NCBI GenBank assembly: GCA_963777315.1
Contig: CAVZQC010000003.1
Span: 32,001-96,000, forward strand
From: Vulcanimicrobiota bacterium
GTDB lineage: Bacteria > Vulcanimicrobiota > Vulcanimicrobiia > Vulcanimicrobiales > Vulcanimicrobiaceae
Length of the DNA: 64,000 bases
Reading direction: 5' to 3'
Part shown: positions 59,340 through 64,000 of the stretch, piece after piece
Layout: each line of letters opens with the position of its first letter
Position numbering within the stretch: the first letter of the stretch is position 1
The notes under the pieces: generated by a model
What the model saw: only the letters and a program-made list of their open reading frames with translations
Databases searched by the model: none
What the model was told of the DNA's origin: nothing
Translations under genes and position numbers: made by a program

Positions 59340-59570
59340 ATGCCGGAAAGCGAACGCGCAATACGTGAACCCGCGCACTATGAGCGCGAACTGCAGCGAG
59401 CGCGCGCGATCTCGAGCGCGCTCGCGCAGCACAACCACGTTGTGGAGCTGCTGCAGAATGCCAAACGCGATCGCGAGCTCACGGATTTGCCGGATTACGA
59501 CCCCGTGATCAAAGCGTTGGAAACGCTGGAGGTGGATTCCGGCGACCGCCTCGCGACCGAGCACTCGTAG
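59340..59570 (+). CDS. Hypothetical 76-aa helical protein
   Basis: Fills the gap before lhr; protein-like composition. Confidence 0.6.
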   Translation: MPESERAIREPAHYERELQRARAISSALAQHNHVVELLQNAKRDRELTDLPDYDPVIKALETLEVDSGDRLATEHS

Positions 59571-59602
59571 GCGAGCGGACGGCCGCGCCGAATACGCGCT
59601 AA

Positions 59603-62600
59603 GTGCTCGACGACTTTCACCCGCTGCTGCGCGATTGGTTTCGCGAGCGCAGCTGGACGCCCACTCAGCCCCAAATCGAAGGCTGGCCGCTCGTTCGGTC
59701 CGGCCGCGATGCGCTGATTTCGGCGCCCACCGGTTCGGGCAAAACGCTGGCCGCATTTTCCATCGCGTTGGACGGGCTTGTTCGCCAAGCGGCTACGGGC
59801 GAGCTGCCCGAGCGCACGCTAGTGGTGTACGTTTCGCCGCTCAAAGCGCTCTCCAACGACGTTCGCAAAAACTTGGAGATTCCGCTGGGCGAAATTTGCG
59901 AGCTCGCGTCGCGCTACAATACGCCGCTTGCGCCGATTCGAACCGCGGTTCGCACCGGCGACACCAGCTCCGCCGAACGCGCGCGCATGCTTCGCAAACC
60001 GCCGCACGTCTTGGTAACCACGCCCGAATCGCTGTTCATTCTGTTGACTGCGGAACGATCGCGCGCGCTCTTTACGGGCGTGCGCACGGTGATCGTGGAT
60101 GAAATTCACGCCATGGCCGGCGACAAGCGCGGCTCGCACCTGGCGCTGACGCTTGCGCGTTTGGACCGGCTCGTGCAAGACAACGGCGCGGGCAAGCCGC
60201 AGCGCATCGGGCTTTCCGCGACGGTGCATCCGCTCGCCGAAGTTGCGCGTTTCCTGAGCGCGAGCGCTGCAGTCGTCGACGTCGGCGCGCGCCGCGAAAT
60301 GCGCGTTTGCGTCGAAGTGCCGCGCGACGAACTGGGGCCGGTCGCCAGCAACGAGATGTGGAGCGAGATTTACGATCGCGCCGCCGAACACATCCGTGCG
60401 CATCGCACCACGCTGGTTTTCGTCGGCACGCGGCGCCTGAGCGAACGCGCGGCCTTCGCGCTCACCGAGCGGCTGGGCGAAGGCGTCGTCATGCCGCACC
60501 ATGGCAGCCTATCCAAAGAGGCGCGATTCACTGCCGAAAACCGACTGAAGAACGGCGAGTTGCGAGCCGTCGTCGCTACCGCCTCGCTCGAGCTGGGCAT
60601 CGATATCGGATCGATCGATTTAGTCGTGCAGCTCGGCACGCCGCGGTCGATTTCCGTCACGCTTCAGCGCATCGGGCGATCGGGGCATTGGGTGGGCGCC
60701 AAACCCGAGGGGCGGATTTTCGCTACGACGCGCGACGAATTACTCGAATGCGCCGCGATTGTACACGCCATGCGCGCGGGAACCATGGACGCGCTGACTA
60801 TCCCACGCGCTCCGCTCGATATTCTGGCCCAGCAAATCGTCGCAGCGTGCGCGTCGCAAGAGTGGAGCGCCGACGAGCTGTTTGCGCTCGTGCAGCAGGC
60901 GTATCCCTATCGCGAGCTGCTGCGCACAGATTTTGACGAAACGCTTGCCCTGCTGGCGGACGGCGTAGCCACCTCGCGCGGACGCAGCGGCACGTTCGTT
61001 CATTACGACCGCGTTAACGGCCGGCTTCGCGCGCGGCGCGGTGCCCGCATCGCCGCGATCACGTCGGGCGGCGCAATTCCCGATACCGCCAACTACAACG
61101 TGGTCGCCGAGCCCGAGGGGCAGATCGTCGGCACGCTGGACGAAGACTTCGCCGTCGAAAGTTTGGCGGGCGACGTGTTTTTGCTGGGAACCAATTCGTG
61201 GCGGATACGCCGCGTCGAGCCGGGCGTCGTTCGCGTCGAAGACGCGCACGGTGCGGCGCCCACGATACCGTTTTGGAACGGCGAGGGGCTAGGGCGCACG
61301 ATCGAGCTGTCGCGCGAAGTGGCTGCGTTGCGTGCGGCAATCGACGAACGCGACGACGTTTCGGCGCAGGCGCTGCTTGAGGGCGAGTGCGGCTTGGACG
61401 CCGGCGGCGCGCAGCAAGCCGTCGCGTACGTGCGCGCCGGCAAGAAGGTGCTCGGAACCGTACCGACTGCGCAAACGATTGTAGCCGAGCGCTTCTTCGA
61501 CGAAGGCGGCGGAATGCAATTGATACTGCACACGCCGTTCGGCGCGCGAATCAATCGCGCGTGGGGCTTGGCGCTGCGCAAGCGCTTCTGCCGCTCGTTC
61601 AACGTGGAGCTGCAGGCGGCCGCGACCGACAACGGCATAGTGTTGTCGCTGACGGATCAGCATGCGTTTCCGCTGGAGATCGTCTTCGAATACGTGAAAT
61701 CCGCCAGCGTTGAGTACGTGCTTACGCAAGCGCTGCTGGCCGCGCCGGTATTTGCCGCGCGCTGGCGCTGGAACGCCACCCGGGCGTTGGCGATTTTGCG
61801 CATGCGCGGTGGACGCAGAGTGCCTCCGCAGCTCATGCGCATGCGAGCCGACGATTTGCTCGCTTCGGTATTTCCCGATCAGGCGGCGTGCGCGGAGAAT
61901 TTGACCGGACCCATTCGCGTTCCGGATCACGTGCTGGTGCGCGAGACGATCGACAACTGCCTGCACGAAGCGATGGATCTCGACGGGCTGTGTGAAATTC
62001 TGCGCGGCGTTGAAGACGGTTTGATCCGGACGGTCGCAATCGACACGCCCGAGCCGTCGCCTTTCAGCCACGAGATTCTCAATGCGAATCCGTACGCGTA
62101 TCTGGACGATGCGCCGCTCGAGGAGCGGCGCGCGCGGGCAGTGCAGCTGCGCCGCACGATTCGCGAAGATCTCGACGGCGCCGGAATTCTGGACGCGGAT
62201 GCGATTGCGGAAGTGGCCGAAGAATCGTGGCCCGTGGTGCGCGATGCAGACGAGCTGCACGACGCATTGCTGACGTTGGTCGTCGTGCCGCCGGCAGCGC
62301 AGTGGGAACAGTGGTTTGCGGAGTTGGTCGTGCAGCGGCGCGCCTGCACGCTGAACGTTGGCGGTAAGCAATTTTGGACCAGCGCCGAGCGGCTGCAGCT
62401 CGCGCGAACCGCGTATCCGCACGCCGTGCCCGAGCCGGAGATCGCCGCGGTGCCGCCGTCCCATCCGGTCGAATCGCAGGACGAGGCGTTTGCAGAGATT
62501 GTGCGCGGCTGGCTGGAGTCCAGCGGCCCGGTCAGTGCCGCGGAGTTGTCTGAGCGCTTGTGCATCGAGCGCTGCGCTTTCGACGCTGCGTTGATTCGCT

Positions 62601-63692
62601 TGGAAACGCAAGGGCAGGTACTGCGCGGGCGATTCTGCGGGCAAGGCGATCAGTGGTGTAACCGTCGGGTGCTCGCCCGCATTCATCGCCGTACGCTGGG
62701 ACAGTTGCGGCGCGAAATCGAGCCCGTCACTTCCTCCCAGTTCGTTCGCTTTTTGCACCGCTGGCAGCACGTCGCGCCGGCAGCGCGGCTGCACGGGCTG
62801 GACGGAACGCTGCAGATCGTCCGGCAACTCGAAGGCTACGAAATTCCCGCAGCGGCGTGGGAAACCCATATTTTGCCCTGCCGCGTAACCGGATACCGCG
62901 GCGAATACTTGGATAAGTTATGCTATTCCGGTGAAATCATGTGGGGCCGGCTGTCGCCGCATCCGGTGCTCGCAAGCCAAGATGAGGAAACGGCGCGCCG
63001 CATTCGCCCCACGAAACTTGCGCCGATTTCGCTGTTCCGGCGCGAAAGTCTCCGATGAACTGATCGTCCGCAACGCAACCGGGACGGCCGGCCTTTCTCG
63101 CGTGTCCAGAGAAGTTCTGCAGGAAATCGAACGCCGCGGTGCTCCGTTCTTCGGCGACGTCGTGCGTGCCGTCAAACGATTGCCCAGCGAAGTCGAGGAA
63201 GCGCTTTGGCAACTTGTTGCGGCGGGTTTGGTTACCGCCGATGGATTCGATGCGCTGCGTTCGCTGATCGATTCCAAGCGGCGGCTGGGCGAAAAAGGTC
63301 TGCGCGCGCGCCCGCGATCCTCGAGCGGCCGCTGGACCATCCTCGCGTCCGCCGCCGAAGGCATCGATGCAGAACGCTTCGCGCGCCGCCTGCTCAGCCG
63401 ATGGGGCGTGGTGTTTCGGGATATTATCGCTCGCGAGAGCCTCGCGCCGCCGTGGCGAGAATTACTGCTCGCGCTGCGCCGCATGGAGGCTCGCGGAGAA
63501 ATTCGCGGCGGCCGTTTCGTTTCGGGATTCGTCGGAGAGCAGTTCGCCCTGCCCGAGGCCATCGAAGCGTTGCGCGCTTCTCGCCGCAGCGGCGACGATA
63601 GCGAGCTCACGCGCGTCAACGCGTACGATCCGCTGCAACTGAGCGGAGTGGTTTTGCCGGGTTCGACGCGCGAGTTGCTTTCCGTCAGCTGA
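59603..63692 (+). CDS. lhr: Lhr-family DEAD/H helicase, split by one frameshift near 63050
   Basis: APTGSGKT, SPLKAL, TTPESL, DEIH, LSAT and QRIGRSGH. Removing one C in agtctccgat joins to the SGRW..RGGRFV.GF.GEQFALP C-terminus. Confidence 0.93.
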
Positions 63693-63755
63693 GCTGCGCA
63701 GGCCTGCGCAGGGACCCATGTGCGGCGGCAGAGCTGAACAAACGCCGGCTACTGG

Positions 63756-64000
63756 CTACGGGTGGCAGGCAAGGTCCAGCATTCGCGTCCACGCCAGCGC
63801 GCGACGCGGATGCGACGGGTCGAACCCACCATTGCCGTAATGATCACTGGAGTATCCCCCGAACGACGACCCGTCGCTGCTCATCACGCCGGTAATCCTG
63901 TCGCCGGCCATGCCCGTACCGGCGATAAACGACCATTCATCCACGTAGCGCACCGCGTGCGAATCATCGTACATTTCTCCGTAGGAGTCGCCGAAGAGCG
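63756..64000 (-). CDS. 3' end of a hypothetical protein (runs off the window)
   Basis: Frame is open to the window edge (LFGDSYGEMYDDSH...). Confidence 0.5.
   Translation of the reverse strand, partial: LFGDSYGEMYDDSHAVRYVDEWSFIAGTGMAGDRITGVMSSDGSSFGGYSSDHYGNGGFDPSHPRRALAWTRMLDLACHP

Overview
GC-rich bacterial chromosomal window from a diderm. It carries a TonB-dependent receptor and an outer-membrane beta-barrel together with Terrabacteria-like gene order; Eremiobacterota/Vulcanimicrobiota is a guess, not a demonstrated assignment. The left ~39 kb is accessory. It holds a redox cassette (cytochrome c, gluconate-dehydrogenase-like pair, AlkA, and a two-subunit heme-copper enzyme lacking the cross-link Tyr, i.e. 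sNOR-like), DacB, a sedolisin and a cyclase-STAND-TPR protein. It also holds a five-gene secreted DUF11/outer-membrane-barrel operon (17.3-27.2 kb), a decayed zone with pseudogenes and duplicated remnants, VapBC, an ArsR-SRPBCC operon and a K/R/G/S repeat protein. The right ~25 kb is mostly core: topA-trmFO-[TonB receptor insert]-hslVU, def-fmt-rsmB-fhaA-fhaB-pseudophosphatase-rodA/ftsW, and lhr. The best candidate for an undescribed system is the DUF11 operon. Its subunits carry complementary split halves of a DUF11 Ig-like domain, suggesting a fibre built by intermolecular beta-hairpin donation, possibly with Lys-Asn isopeptide locking. Several single-base indels in short homopolymers may be assembly errors. 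No rRNA, tRNA, CRISPR array or transposase was recognised. All family calls come from motif recognition by eye, not database searches.
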